A DNA stretch of 64,000 nucleotides from an uncultured Gammaproteobacteria bacterium (GCA_964551605.1 CAZKCV010000005.1:7104-71103), one strand, 5' to 3'; counted from the first letter of the stretch, positions 38,021 through 48,120 are shown. Made by a program: numbers and translations. The notes: generated by a model not told the origin, from the letters alone.

Positions 38021-39841
38021 TCAACTCTTTAATATGCTCAGGAATGCCTCCTGAGGAATCTCAACTCTTCCAATCATCTTCATCTTTTTCTTACCCTTCT
38101 TTTGTTTTTCGAGCAGCTTATCTTTTCTGGTCCTGTCTCCACCATACAATTTGGCTATCACATCTTTCCTAAACGGGCTGATGGTTTCCCTGGCGATAAT
38201 AGTCCCCCCAATAGCAGCCTGGATAGCAATAACAAAGTTTTGCCGTGGCAACACCTCTCTTAACTTTTCTACCATTCTTCTGCCAAAGCCTTCTGCTTTA
38301 GGCCGGTAAACTATAGTTGAAAGCGCGTCCACTTTTTCTCCGGCCACTAAAATATCCACTCTGACCGCCTCCACCTCCCGAAAATCCAGCAGCTCCCAAT
38401 CCAGCGAGGCAAAACCGGAAGACACAGATTTCAACCGGTCATAAAAATTAGTTACCATCTCCGAAAGCGGCATTTCATAACTTAACTCTACCGCTACCCC
38501 AAAATGCTGCATATTTAAAAACCGACCCCTTTTCTCCTGAACTAATTCCATTACCCCACCAATATATTGCTGTGGCACAAATATTTTTAACTTTACCCAT
38601 GGTTCTTTAAGGGGTCGTCCTGAGGAGTGAAACGACGAAGGATCTAATTCTGCAGGATTAGTAATTATTTTATCTCCCCATAAATATTCTACCGAAGGAG
38701 CTGTAGCCAAAAGATCAACATTAAATTCCCCTGACAACCGCTCTTGTACCACTTCCGCATGCAACAACCCTAAGAACCCGCACCTAAAACCTGCTCCCAA
38801 AGCCTGGGAATGTTCCGGGATATAGGAAAAAGCCGGGTCAGTTAACCTGAATTTGGCCAATGCTTCTTTTAACTCAAAATATTCATCAGCGTCTATTGGG
38901 AAAAGACCTACAAACACCATGGGTTTTACCTCCTTGTATCCAGGTAAGGGAGAGGCTGAAAAATCCGTGGCTATTGTATCTCCCACCCTGACTAAATCCG
39001 GTTCTTTAATACCGGTTGCAATATAACCTATTTCACCAGCCTGTAAACCATCATTTACATTCAGCTGGGGAGCAAAAAAACCGGTTTCCAGAATATGGCC
39101 TTGGGCTTGAATCTGTAAAAAATGAATAGGAGCATTAATTGGTGGAGTTTGACCTTCAACTATTCTTACCTCCGCAATAACACCCTTAAAAGGATCGTAA
39201 AATGAATCAAAAATTAAAGCCTTAAGTCCAGGTGTAGCCTCGTTTCCACCTTCCAGGTGGATTACGTTGGCACCTGAAAGTTTGGGGGCAGGAATACGCT
39301 CAATTACCGCCTTCAAAAGATCTTCCACGCCTTCTCCGGTTTTGCCCGAGACCAACAAAATTTCCGATTCCGAAAAACCAAAGGTTTCTATTAATTGTTT
39401 TTTCGTATTTTCAATTTCCGCATTCGGCAAGTCAATTTTGTTAATAATCGGAATCAAGGTCAGGTTTTGCTCCAGTGCTGCCAGGCCATGAGCCAAAGTC
39501 TGAGCCTGAATACCCTGCGTGGCATCCACTAAAAGTATTGCTCCCTCCACTGCAGCCAAAGCCCGGGAGACTTCATAGGAAAAATCAACATGGCCGGGAG
39601 TATCTATTAAGTTAAGGGTATAGTTAGTAGCGTTCAGCGTGTAGTTTAAACGCACCGGAGCCAGCTTAATCGTAATCCCTCTTTCTCTCTCCAGAGATAA
39701 AGAATCTAATAACTGAGGCTGCAACTTATCCTTGGGCACAGTGCCGGTAATCTCCATTAACCTATCTGCTAAAGTAGATTTCCCGTGATCTATGTGGGCA
39801 ATAATTGAAAAGTTTCTAATATTCATATATTCATACGGCAT
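38021..39841 (-). CDS. lepA: Elongation factor 4 (LepA)
   Basis: NIRNFSIIAHIDHGKSTLADRL, DTPGHVDF and the LepA-specific C-terminal domain. The true start is probably the internal MNIRNF (39826). Confidence 0.9.
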   Translation of the reverse strand: MPYEYMNIRNFSIIAHIDHGKSTLADRLMEITGTVPKDKLQPQLLDSLSLERERGITIKLAPVRLNYTLNATNYTLNLIDTPGHVDFSYEVSRALAAVEGAILLVDATQGIQAQTLAHGLAALEQNLTLIPIINKIDLPNAEIENTKKQLIETFGFSESEILLVSGKTGEGVEDLLKAVIERIPAPKLSGANVIHLEGGNEATPGLKALIFDSFYDPFKGVIAEVRIVEGQTPPINAPIHFLQIQAQGHILETGFFAPQLNVNDGLQAGEIGYIATGIKEPDLVRVGDTIATDFSASPLPGYKEVKPMVFVGLFPIDADEYFELKEALAKFRLTDPAFSYIPEHSQALGAGFRCGFLGLLHAEVVQERLSGEFNVDLLATAPSVEYLWGDKIITNPAELDPSSFHSSGRPLKEPWVKLKIFVPQQYIGGVMELVQEKRGRFLNMQHFGVAVELSYEMPLSEMVTNFYDRLKSVSSGFASLDWELLDFREVEAVRVDILVAGEKVDALSTIVYRPKAEGFGRRMVEKLREVLPRQNFVIAIQAAIGGTIIARETISPFRKDVIAKLYGGDRTRKDKLLEKQKKGKKKMKMIGRVEIPQEAFLSILKS

Positions 39842-39858
39842 ATTTTAGCAGGTCGCCA

Positions 39859-41493
39859 TTAAACAGTCTCAGGAAGAATCTCTTTGGATTTAAGTTTACT
39901 TTGGAACTTGCCTAATCTCTTAAAAAGTTCAACGTAAGTATCCAACTCCCTCACCTTCAAAAACCGTACCAAAAGCACATATACGGATAAAGCAAATACC
40001 GAAGACAGCCCGGTTAAAGCTAATAAATTTATAGTCCGGGTAGTATCAAAAATTACCTGGTCTAAAAGCTTAATCGGCACATATAAAGCCACACCCATAA
40101 TCATGGTTGCCATCAACATCTTAAGAAAAGGATTTAACACTGCCTGTAAGTCAAATTTTCCGACCTTAAAGTGAAGTGTCCAGAAAAGTAAAACCGCTGA
40201 AACTATGGCAGAAACAGAATTAGCTAATCCGATACTCCAGACATCCCGCCTTAAAACCACAATCAAGTAGACACTCAGGATAATATTTAATGCTACTACG
40301 ATTAAAGAGACTCTCACCGGGGTTTTTGTATCTTTTAAGGCATAAAAACCCCGGACCAGAAGTAAGGAAACAGCCTGCGCTGTAAGACCCACAGACAAAA
40401 AAGCCAGCGTAGCACCGGTTAGGACAGTAGCTTCCCAGTCAAATCTGGAAGCACCGAAAACCAGACGGACTACCGGTATCCTTATCACAATTAGAATTGC
40501 CGCTGCCGGTAGTGTCAAAAAAAGGATCTGATGAAGTGTCGTCAAAATTGTTACCTTAAACTCTTCGAGTTTTCCTTGGGCTTTCTCGGCAGAAAGAATT
40601 GGCAAAGCGGCCTGAGCTAGGGTAGCGCCAAAAAGCCCGATAGGAACTACCTGAAGATGTTGTGCAAAAGTTAGGTAAGTAACCGATCCGATTGAAGCCA
40701 AGGAGGCCAAGGCCAAACCAACCGTCTCGTTAATTTGTTCAGCTGCCAAACCTAAAGTTCTCACACTCATTAGCCTGACTATAGTTTTTACTCCCGGGTG
40801 AAAAAAATTCAAAGACAGTTTCAGCTTAAATCCTAATGACCAAACTAAAGGCAACTGTATCAAAGCATGTAAAAATGCACCTATTACCACTCCATAAGCA
40901 ACCCCGGTAATACCAAAATATTTGGACAAAAAGGCAATCCCTAAAATCATGCCCAAGTTATAAAACACCGGTGATAAAGAAGGAATAATAAAGCGCTGAA
41001 ATGATTGTGCAATACCAATAAAAAAAGATCCCACCACTAAAATCACCTGGCCAAAAAGGATAACTCTGGTCAGCTCTGCTACTTGTAGTTGCCTAACCGC
41101 CGTGAAGCCCGGAGCTATAAAGCTGGCAATCAGCGGCTCTGCAAAAAGGTAAATGAAAATGGTGGTTAGGATAAACACCACCAGGAAAACACTCAAAACT
41201 GCCCTGGCCAACTCAAAAGCACTTTCCTTGCCCCTCTCTTGCAGATGCTCCGTAAAAACCGGGATAAAAGCAACTGACAACGCACCCAGGATAATGATTT
41301 GAAAAATCAGATCAGGTAATCTGAAGGCTGCCCAAAAAATATCTATCATGTCCGGCGGGAAAACATGGGCAAGCAGACGGTCTCGAACCAACCCCAAAAT
41401 TTTAGACAGCATCATGGTGGCCATAATTATTGAAGCGGCAGATAAAATGGACGTTTGTCGGGAATAAAGAAGAGAAAAAAGATTTTTAACCAT
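39859..41493 (-). CDS. murJ: Lipid II flippase MurJ/MviN
   Basis: 544-aa polytopic protein with N-terminal ...ATMMLSKILGLVRDRLLAHVFP, the MurJ pattern. Confidence 0.8.
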   Translation of the reverse strand: MVKNLFSLLYSRQTSILSAASIIMATMMLSKILGLVRDRLLAHVFPPDMIDIFWAAFRLPDLIFQIIILGALSVAFIPVFTEHLQERGKESAFELARAVLSVFLVVFILTTIFIYLFAEPLIASFIAPGFTAVRQLQVAELTRVILFGQVILVVGSFFIGIAQSFQRFIIPSLSPVFYNLGMILGIAFLSKYFGITGVAYGVVIGAFLHALIQLPLVWSLGFKLKLSLNFFHPGVKTIVRLMSVRTLGLAAEQINETVGLALASLASIGSVTYLTFAQHLQVVPIGLFGATLAQAALPILSAEKAQGKLEEFKVTILTTLHQILFLTLPAAAILIVIRIPVVRLVFGASRFDWEATVLTGATLAFLSVGLTAQAVSLLLVRGFYALKDTKTPVRVSLIVVALNIILSVYLIVVLRRDVWSIGLANSVSAIVSAVLLFWTLHFKVGKFDLQAVLNPFLKMLMATMIMGVALYVPIKLLDQVIFDTTRTINLLALTGLSSVFALSVYVLLVRFLKVRELDTYVELFKRLGKFQSKLKSKEILPETV

Positions 41494-41554
41494 TTATAAA
41501 TAATTTTAGCATCCTGGCTTGCGCAAAGAAAGAAGCTATGTTACTATTCCTCCC

Positions 41555-41830
41555 ATGCCAATCATTCGCTCAGCTATTAAAAAAGTCAGAAAAGATAAGG
41601 TAAGAACTACCCGCAATAAAAAACGAGAGATTGCCCTGAAGTCGTTGGTCAAAAAGGTAAGAGCCAGCAAAACTGCCAAAGATTTAACTGCTGCCTTTTC
41701 CGCCCTAGACAAAGCCGCCAAAGTCCACCTGATCCATCCTAACAAGGCTGCACGTTTAAAATCCAGATTATCAAAAGGTGGAAAGTTACCTGTAACTACT
41801 AAACCAGTCAAGAAATCCACCAAAAAGTAA
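41555..41830 (+). CDS. rpsT: 30S ribosomal protein S20
   Basis: MPIIRSAIKKVRKDKVRTTRNKK...AKVHLIHPNKAARLKSRL. The track ORF begins 12 codons upstream, but the conserved start is MPIIRS. Confidence 0.85.
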   Translation: MPIIRSAIKKVRKDKVRTTRNKKREIALKSLVKKVRASKTAKDLTAAFSALDKAAKVHLIHPNKAARLKSRLSKGGKLPVTTKPVKKSTKK

Positions 41831-41866
41831 TTAACTTTTAATCCCCGTATCTAGTATAATTAAGGC

Positions 41867-42445
41867 ATGCCCAAATCCAAGCCTCCGCTGACTATTAAAT
41901 TAAACCTGCTTAAACCCCAAAGCAACCCGGAAAAGATTTTGGTTAAATTGATCCGCTGGTTACTTTCTTCCGGACGTTTCATCTTTGTGGCGGTAAATGC
42001 CATAGTACTAATTGCTTTTGGGGCACGCTTTAAGCTTGATGCTGACTTAGCTACGAAGAAAGAGGCTATTGAACAACAAATCCCTTATATTGAAAGTCTC
42101 GGGATCTATGAAAAGTTGATTAGGGAAACTCAGTTTAAGCTGGCAACGATTGATAATGTCAAAAATAGTAATACCGATTGGATAATGATCTTAAAAAAAA
42201 TTGCTGATCAAACCCCACTTGGAGTCAAAGTGACTAGTATTAATATAAAAAAAGATATCGGTTCTGCCAGTATACATATTAATGGTGAAACCGGAACAAA
42301 TAATAATTTGACCAGCTTTATCCGTGGTCTAAAAGAAGAAGCCGTCTTTAGCGATGTAAACCTTGCCGGGATCGGATTGGAACAAGACATTATCAAATTT
42401 ACGATTGATGCTTCTGTTAAATTAACAGGAGGGAAAAAGCTTTGA
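41867..42445 (+). CDS. PilN-like type IV pilus assembly protein
   Basis: N-terminal IKLNLLKPQ (the PilN INLLP motif), followed by a TM segment and a periplasmic domain. It is translationally coupled to the next gene. Confidence 0.55.
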   Translation: MPKSKPPLTIKLNLLKPQSNPEKILVKLIRWLLSSGRFIFVAVNAIVLIAFGARFKLDADLATKKEAIEQQIPYIESLGIYEKLIRETQFKLATIDNVKNSNTDWIMILKKIADQTPLGVKVTSINIKKDIGSASIHINGETGTNNNLTSFIRGLKEEAVFSDVNLAGIGLEQDIIKFTIDASVKLTGGKKL

Positions 42446-43047
42446 AAAGCAAATCTTCGCTTTACTCCAGATATTTTACTTACATTAAGCCGATCGGCAA
42501 ATTACCTATTGTTAAAAATTATGGGCCTACAATATTCACGCTTCTAACTATGACACTCCTAATATTTTTTGCACTAAAACCTACTGTCGAAACAATCCTG
42601 GTACTACGGAAGAAGTTGGCAAATCAGGAAGAAGTCTTACAAAAAGTTACCCGAAAGGCAAATAATCTCTCTTTGGGCAAAAGAAATTTTGATAATTTAG
42701 ACCCGGTCATGAAAGAAAAAATTTCCGCGGCAATCCCGGACAAGGTCAACCTCAAATCACTAATCGAATCTTTAGAAAAGACTGCCAGGATATATGAAGC
42801 ATCAGTTTCAGCTCTGCAGATCCAACCCTTTATTATAGAAGAAAGGATAGAAAATAAGCTGGGTTCTTTAACTGAAGTTTCCTTTACTTTCAATGTGGAA
42901 GGGGAGTATGAAAACCTAACTGCTCTACTACAGGATCTCAAAAGTAGTGGTAGGCTAATCTCTATTGAGAACCTGTCTTTGTCTAAAGCCAGTGAGACGG
43001 AAAACTTAATTATGTCTTTATCAGGTAAGGCTTACCATCTAAAATAA
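42442..43047 (+). CDS. PilO-like type IV pilus assembly protein
   Basis: 201 aa with an N-terminal TM, coiled coil and C-terminal domain, in the usual position after pilN. Confidence 0.45.
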   Translation: MKSKSSLYSRYFTYIKPIGKLPIVKNYGPTIFTLLTMTLLIFFALKPTVETILVLRKKLANQEEVLQKVTRKANNLSLGKRNFDNLDPVMKEKISAAIPDKVNLKSLIESLEKTARIYEASVSALQIQPFIIEERIENKLGSLTEVSFTFNVEGEYENLTALLQDLKSSGRLISIENLSLSKASETENLIMSLSGKAYHLK

Positions 43048-43052
43048 ATCAG

Positions 43053-43223
43053 ATGACCAGAAAAGAATGGCTTATTGCTACAATTTTACTTTTTGTTACA
43101 ATCATTACCTGGGTGGTGTTGGATATACTCCACAACTACTCAAAGGTGGAGATACCGGATAAAGTACAGAAAATCATTGAACCGATTAGCCCGGACTTTA
43201 ACACCCAAAGCTTGGAAAATTAA
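43053..43223 (+). CDS. Small single-TM protein (56 aa) in the pilus-like cluster
   Basis: It is not in the ORF track (below 60 aa). ATG 43053 to TAA 43221-43223 reads MTRKEWLIATILLFVTIITWVVLDILHNYSKVEIPDKVQKIIEPISPDFNTQSLEN. Confidence 0.3.
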   Translation: MTRKEWLIATILLFVTIITWVVLDILHNYSKVEIPDKVQKIIEPISPDFNTQSLEN

Positions 43224-43226
43224 CAC

Positions 43227-44144
43227 ATGAAGGAATTTATCAGTAAATCTAAAATCCCGACCCTTTTGGGACTTAGTATAATTTTTTTCGGGCTGGTAGG
43301 AGGAGTTTATCTAGTACTCAGGGAACAAACATTTCTTTCCCAGGCTGCCCCTAACTTCACGCCCCAAAACGTCACTATTACCAATATCGCCGATAACTCA
43401 GTAGTAATTTCCTGGCAGACAAACTCCGTCGCTCCTTCTTTTATTACTTTCGGACAAAATAGCCCAAGCGGGCAAACTGCCTCAGATGACCGTGACGAAG
43501 CTGCCCCCAAGCCCCGCTTAACTCATTATGTCACCCTTAAAAATCTTCTGCCTAAGACTGGTTATCAATTTAAGATTACTTCCGGCAAACTGACTTCTGA
43601 TGTCCAAAGATTTGAAACTGCCACGCCCTTAACCAGCCAAACCGGTTTCACGCCAATCATAGGTTCTGTACTTGACGGGAATACCCCCTTAGAAGAAGGT
43701 GTGGCTTTTCTTTTTTTACCGGAAGCTACTGTCCAGTCTTCAGTAATTAAGGCAGGAAATTTTCTAATTCCCCTTACACAAATCCGCCGTGCTGACCTTA
43801 CTGATGCATACCAACTGACAGAAGGAATGATTGTTAAGCTGACTGTTAAATCAGTAAAAGGCGAGGCAAATTTGGAATTCATGCTGCGAGCCGATTCCTC
43901 CCCATTACCTCCGCTAAAATTGGGTGAAAGTGTAGACTTAACTATACAAGCGCCTTCGTCTCCGGCTTCGCCGGATCCTAGCCGATATGACTTAAACGGG
44001 GATGGAATAATAAATACTACTGACTATACCACTCTTCTGCAAAACTTAGGTGAAAATCCTAAAAATGAAAGGGCCGATATCAACGGAGATGGGGTAGTAA
44101 ATCAACAAGACCGGGATTTAATGTCCCAAAAACTTAAAGAGTAA
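43227..44144 (+). CDS. Membrane-anchored surface protein with an FN3-like domain and C-terminal dockerin-like Ca-binding repeats
   Basis: N-terminal TM, FN3-like VTITNIADNSVVISWQTN...YQFKITSG, and C-terminal DLNGDGIINTTDYTTL / DINGDGVVNQQD repeats. Confidence 0.5.
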   Translation: MKEFISKSKIPTLLGLSIIFFGLVGGVYLVLREQTFLSQAAPNFTPQNVTITNIADNSVVISWQTNSVAPSFITFGQNSPSGQTASDDRDEAAPKPRLTHYVTLKNLLPKTGYQFKITSGKLTSDVQRFETATPLTSQTGFTPIIGSVLDGNTPLEEGVAFLFLPEATVQSSVIKAGNFLIPLTQIRRADLTDAYQLTEGMIVKLTVKSVKGEANLEFMLRADSSPLPPLKLGESVDLTIQAPSSPASPDPSRYDLNGDGIINTTDYTTLLQNLGENPKNERADINGDGVVNQQDRDLMSQKLKE

Positions 44145-44781
44145 AATCTCCCTTAAACTTATTTACCAGCAAAAATTCTGCCTGGGGTTTTTCTAAGAGG
44201 CCGGATTTAAGCTTGAAATCAATTTCCAAAAGATCCTTATAGAGGTTCTCTATACCTTCTGTGCTAAATCTGGCTCGTTGCCTAGCTAGTTTTTTGCGGA
44301 CAAAATCCGGGGCATTCTTAGGGGTAGCTACTAAATTACGAAGCAGGTAAAAAGCCATTGTCAGGCAGTAATGAATATCAAACCCCGCCTGTTTTATTTT
44401 TTCCATCTCCAAAAAAGCATTCTGGTCTTTGGCTGCTAAATAATCCAGAAACGGAAATACTGAAATTTCTCTTGCCTCCGGAAAAAATAGCGGCTCAAAC
44501 CCAGGCCATTTTTTTGTATCTACCTCATGATCAAACCACAAAATTAGGGTATATGATATAGAGTATAGGGTATAGTTAGATAATTCTTCTGAAGGATTTT
44601 CTAAGATAATTAATTGTTGGTCGGGAAAAAGAGGGGATGTTACCAAACTTCCTTTGATAACTTGCAAATCCGTTCCTTCTTCAAAAACTACTATATTATC
44701 CTGACTGAACTTTTTTTTGAGTTCCTGAAGTTTTCTCCTGGAAGCGTTAATTGCGGGCCCGTGCAGCAGCTGTAGCGTCAT
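44134..44781 (-). CDS. holA: DNA polymerase III delta subunit-like (HolA), short form; start uncertain (ORF open to 44844)
   Basis: The C-terminal block FSTEGIENLYKDLLEIDFKLKSG resembles the HolA C-terminus and the N-terminal region has a HolA-like pattern. It overlaps the LCP gene's 3' end. Confidence 0.4.
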   Translation of the reverse strand: MTLQLLHGPAINASRRKLQELKKKFSQDNIVVFEEGTDLQVIKGSLVTSPLFPDQQLIILENPSEELSNYTLYSISYTLILWFDHEVDTKKWPGFEPLFFPEAREISVFPFLDYLAAKDQNAFLEMEKIKQAGFDIHYCLTMAFYLLRNLVATPKNAPDFVRKKLARQRARFSTEGIENLYKDLLEIDFKLKSGLLEKPQAEFLLVNKFKGDFTL

Positions 44782-45994
44782 ATTCGGTGATTTCTCCTGT
44801 GAGTATCTTTCTAACATATTCATGGACGGTTGAAAAGTCATCATCTTCCGAGATTAATACATAAGCCCCTCCAAAACTTCCCCGCGGGGGGTTAACCAGA
44901 AGAGATGATTTATTATCAGGCAGGCCTATTTTTGGAGAATCATCCAGTATAAAGCTCCTTGTCCGGTCAATCTTGCCGGCTAGTTTATAAAATTCTAAGG
45001 TATCTTTAATAGGTACATCTGTATCAATGCTTTTTCCCAGGGTGCTGATCAAATCTCCTATCCTTTGAGGATTGGCCAAAGTTTCCAGGGAAAGTATTTT
45101 ACCCTTAACTGCCTCCAGCACTTTTTGCTGCCTTTTTGACCTGGCAAAATCAGACCCCTCATTATTAGTTCCATGCCTGGATCTGGTAAAACTCAAAGCT
45201 ACTGCCCCGTCCATATGCATTTCTCCTGACTTAAAACTTATATGCTCATAGCGACAACTGAAATATTTAATTCCCTTATCTTCTTCTGCAGCATCTGTGG
45301 CGATTTTACCTTCTTTATCAATTAAGACCTTTTTTTTACCCGCTTCGATATTTAGATTTTTTGCTTCCTCTTCATTAAACTCCATTTCCTTTTCTTCCAT
45401 TCCGCACAAATCATTTTCTTTACCTTCAATCGGGTATAAATAATCATCAAAGGGATTCTCTACTAACACATCTATTCCGTCTATGGCATCTATTGCCTGC
45501 ACAAAACCTCTGAAATCCACTCTTAGGGCATAGTGAATTGGGATGTCCAGGATATTACCTACCACTGTCTTGGTTAGCCCCAGCCCGTCCCCTTCGGATA
45601 AACCTTTTTGATAAACTGCGTTAACCTTGCTCTGCGTAAAAGGTAACCATAAATCCCTCGGGAGGGAAATTAAATCAACTTCATTAGCTTTTAAGTTATA
45701 TGAAGCTACCATGATGGTATCAGTCAAGTTGCTGCCGTCATGCCGTCCCCCGGCAATTCCTAAAAATAAGACATTTACTCTGCCATCTGAAGATTTAAGG
45801 GAGGTACCGGAGATAATGGAAGTCACATAAGAGCCGGTTTCGGAAAAGGTAGTCAGAAAAATAGCCAAAGCCATAAATATACCAATAACTAACATCCAGG
45901 GGAAAAGTTTCTTAAAAATTTTTTCTACTCTTCTTAGCTTTAAGGGGTTATCTTTTTCGCTTTTTCCGAGTCTTAAAGGTTGCAAAGTTTTCAC
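44747..45994 (-). CDS. LCP (LytR-CpsA-Psr) family cell-envelope phosphotransferase
   Basis: N-terminal TM, the LCP core VLFLGIAGGRHDGSNLTDTIMVASYN...ISLPRDLW and the conserved Arg residues. Confidence 0.8.
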   Translation of the reverse strand: MKTLQPLRLGKSEKDNPLKLRRVEKIFKKLFPWMLVIGIFMALAIFLTTFSETGSYVTSIISGTSLKSSDGRVNVLFLGIAGGRHDGSNLTDTIMVASYNLKANEVDLISLPRDLWLPFTQSKVNAVYQKGLSEGDGLGLTKTVVGNILDIPIHYALRVDFRGFVQAIDAIDGIDVLVENPFDDYLYPIEGKENDLCGMEEKEMEFNEEEAKNLNIEAGKKKVLIDKEGKIATDAAEEDKGIKYFSCRYEHISFKSGEMHMDGAVALSFTRSRHGTNNEGSDFARSKRQQKVLEAVKGKILSLETLANPQRIGDLISTLGKSIDTDVPIKDTLEFYKLAGKIDRTRSFILDDSPKIGLPDNKSSLLVNPPRGSFGGAYVLISEDDDFSTVHEYVRKILTGEITEYDATAAARARN

Positions 45995-46000
45995 TTATTA

Positions 46001-46690
46001 TTACTCCACCACAGCTTGACAAATTTTAATAAATTCTTCCGTATCTAAAGAGGCATTGCCTACTAAAACTCCGCTGATATTTTCCTCTTTGATAAAATCA
46101 GTAACGTTTCCTGAATTAACACTGCCTCCGTAAAGTACTTCCATATCAGGTCTGACTTGTTTAAAAGAGCTTGCCATATTATTAGCATCTTCCGGGGTGT
46201 CTGCTCTTCCAGTCCCAGGAGTATTAGTTAATCCGGTACTAATTGCCCACACCGGTTCATAAGCTACCAACTTACAACCATCAGGTACTGGTGTTTCACT
46301 ACCTTGTACGCATACCAGCGGCGTAATGTCATTTGCTAAAGCCTGTTCTGTTTTTTTCGCTACTATCTCATCTGTTTCACTAAAATTTTCCCGTCGTTCA
46401 CTATGACCCAAAATCACCAAATCAATCAATCCTTTTAATAGTCCTGCTGATTCTTCACCGGTATAAGCACCCACCCCAAAAGGAGACAAATCCTGAGCAC
46501 CTGTTAACAAAGGGAAACCACCAACGGTAATAGTCTTTTTAACCTCAGCAAGATCGCTAAAAGTCGGACAAACCACCACTTTTAAATTATCCTGCTTAGG
46601 AATTTTCGGGCCAACCTGGGAAATCCAGTCTAAAGCCTCGCTAATATTTTTATTGCTTTTCCAGTTAGCAATAATCCAAATATCCTTCAT
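46001..46690 (-). CDS. tpiA: Triosephosphate isomerase
   Basis: IIANWKSN, VILGHSERR, AYEPVWAISTG and YGGSV motifs. Confidence 0.85.
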   Translation of the reverse strand: MKDIWIIANWKSNKNISEALDWISQVGPKIPKQDNLKVVVCPTFSDLAEVKKTITVGGFPLLTGAQDLSPFGVGAYTGEESAGLLKGLIDLVILGHSERRENFSETDEIVAKKTEQALANDITPLVCVQGSETPVPDGCKLVAYEPVWAISTGLTNTPGTGRADTPEDANNMASSFKQVRPDMEVLYGGSVNSGNVTDFIKEENISGVLVGNASLDTEEFIKICQAVVE

Positions 46691-46790
46691 AATTTCTAAT
46701 TTTTAATTACTAATTTCTAATCAAATCCCAATGACTAAATTTCTAAACTAGACATTAGTCATTATTTAGATCAATTAGGTTAATTAGTAA

Positions 46791-47102
46791 TTAGGTCAAT
46801 TCTTTTCCCCACCATCCATACTTTTCCAAGTTTACCATGAAATCAGTCGTCACTTCTATGCCTTCCTGCTCCAGCAGAGCTTTTTGAAGCTTTTTGGGAT
46901 GGTCAAGACACTTAGTAGAAATAAATCCATGGCGGTTGACTACCCGATGCCAAGGGGTATTTTCTCCCTGGTAATGTAAAATTCCCCCCACTAACCTGGC
47001 CCCTCTTGGAATTCCCGCTAAAATAGCCACAGTACCATAAGAGGTTACCTTACCATAGGGAATCTTTTTTACAATTTTAATGACTCGATCTTTGAAGTTC
47101 AT
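46791..47102 (-). CDS. Alkyltransferase-like protein (ATL; MGMT DNA-binding domain with PWHRV in place of PCHRV), translationally coupled to the DGR reverse transcriptase
   Basis: 103 aa, VIKIVKKIPYGKVTSYGTVAILAGIPRGARLVGGILHYQGENTPWHRVVNRHGFIS, closely resembling E. coli YbaZ/Atl. Its ATG overlaps the RT stop (ATGA at 47099-47102). Confidence 0.8.
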   Translation of the reverse strand: MNFKDRVIKIVKKIPYGKVTSYGTVAILAGIPRGARLVGGILHYQGENTPWHRVVNRHGFISTKCLDHPKKLQKALLEQEGIEVTTDFMVNLEKYGWWGKELT

Positions 47103-48106
47103 TGAATAAAGTAAACCATATTTTTCAGGTTCTGGGCAACCTTAAAACTATTCGTATGACTTAAATACCCCAAATATGATTGCAAAGACTGGTTAAAATT
47201 TTCAGAACCAACTTTTTCATTTAATTTTTTAAATATCCTTTTTTTAGTTTTGGTTCTTGGTAATACATAGTGCGGCAGGGCAATATAACCCAGAAAATCA
47301 ATTCCCCAATCAGGTCGGCGAAGAATAATCTTTTTGGGATGTAATTCTAGTTTTAGTTTTTCTTGTAGAAACATCTTCATCAACTCGATTAAATGACTTA
47401 AATTATTTTTGCTGGTGGATAAAAATAAAAAGTCATCAGCATAACGAATATAATATTTAAACTTGAGCTTTTGTTTTATGTATTGATCCAACTCATTCAT
47501 GTAGATATTTGCGAAAACTTGAGAAGTTAGGTTGCCCAGTGGGATTCCTTTCTTTTCTCCGCATTCAGAATGGAAACTATTTATTATTTCCCCTAATAAC
47601 CATAAAATGTTTTGGTCATTAATCTTTTTCCTTAAAAACTTCAACAAGTTTTCATGGTTTACATTCGCAAAGAATTTTTTAATATCACATTTTAAAGCCC
47701 AACAAGGCCTTGTATAATTTCTGCTTATTTTCCGTGCAAACTTCTCAAGCCGCAGGACTCCTTTATGCGTTCCTTTTTCTAATCTGCAAGAATAGGAATC
47801 AAAAATAAAGGTTTTGTCGAAAATTTCGTTGAGATATTTATATAAAAGGTGATGAACAACCCTATCTTGCACTGATGCTTTATGAATGTGCCTTCTTTTT
47901 GGATCATGGACAAAGAAGGCAAAATAATTTCCGTGCCGATAGGTTTTCTTTATTAAACTCTCATGTAAAGCAAACAAATTATCTTCTAAATTTCTTTCAA
48001 ACTCTTGCACATCTTTCCTTTTTCTCTTACCAGCCCTAAACTCACTCCACGCTTGAAATAAATCCTCGGCTGATGTAAGTTGAGAATACGATTTATGAGT
48101 AATCAT
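47099..48106 (-). CDS. Diversity-generating retroelement (DGR) reverse transcriptase
   Basis: 335 aa with the RT palm motifs and the DGR-RT hallmark GIPLGNLTSQVFANIYMNELD (SQ in place of the group-II QG) plus YADD (YIRYADDFLFL). No maturase or endonuclease domains. Adjacent Avd, TR and VR. Confidence 0.85.
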   Translation of the reverse strand: MITHKSYSQLTSAEDLFQAWSEFRAGKRKRKDVQEFERNLEDNLFALHESLIKKTYRHGNYFAFFVHDPKRRHIHKASVQDRVVHHLLYKYLNEIFDKTFIFDSYSCRLEKGTHKGVLRLEKFARKISRNYTRPCWALKCDIKKFFANVNHENLLKFLRKKINDQNILWLLGEIINSFHSECGEKKGIPLGNLTSQVFANIYMNELDQYIKQKLKFKYYIRYADDFLFLSTSKNNLSHLIELMKMFLQEKLKLELHPKKIILRRPDWGIDFLGYIALPHYVLPRTKTKKRIFKKLNEKVGSENFNQSLQSYLGYLSHTNSFKVAQNLKNMVYFIQ

Positions 48107-48120
48107 CTTTTAAGAAATAC

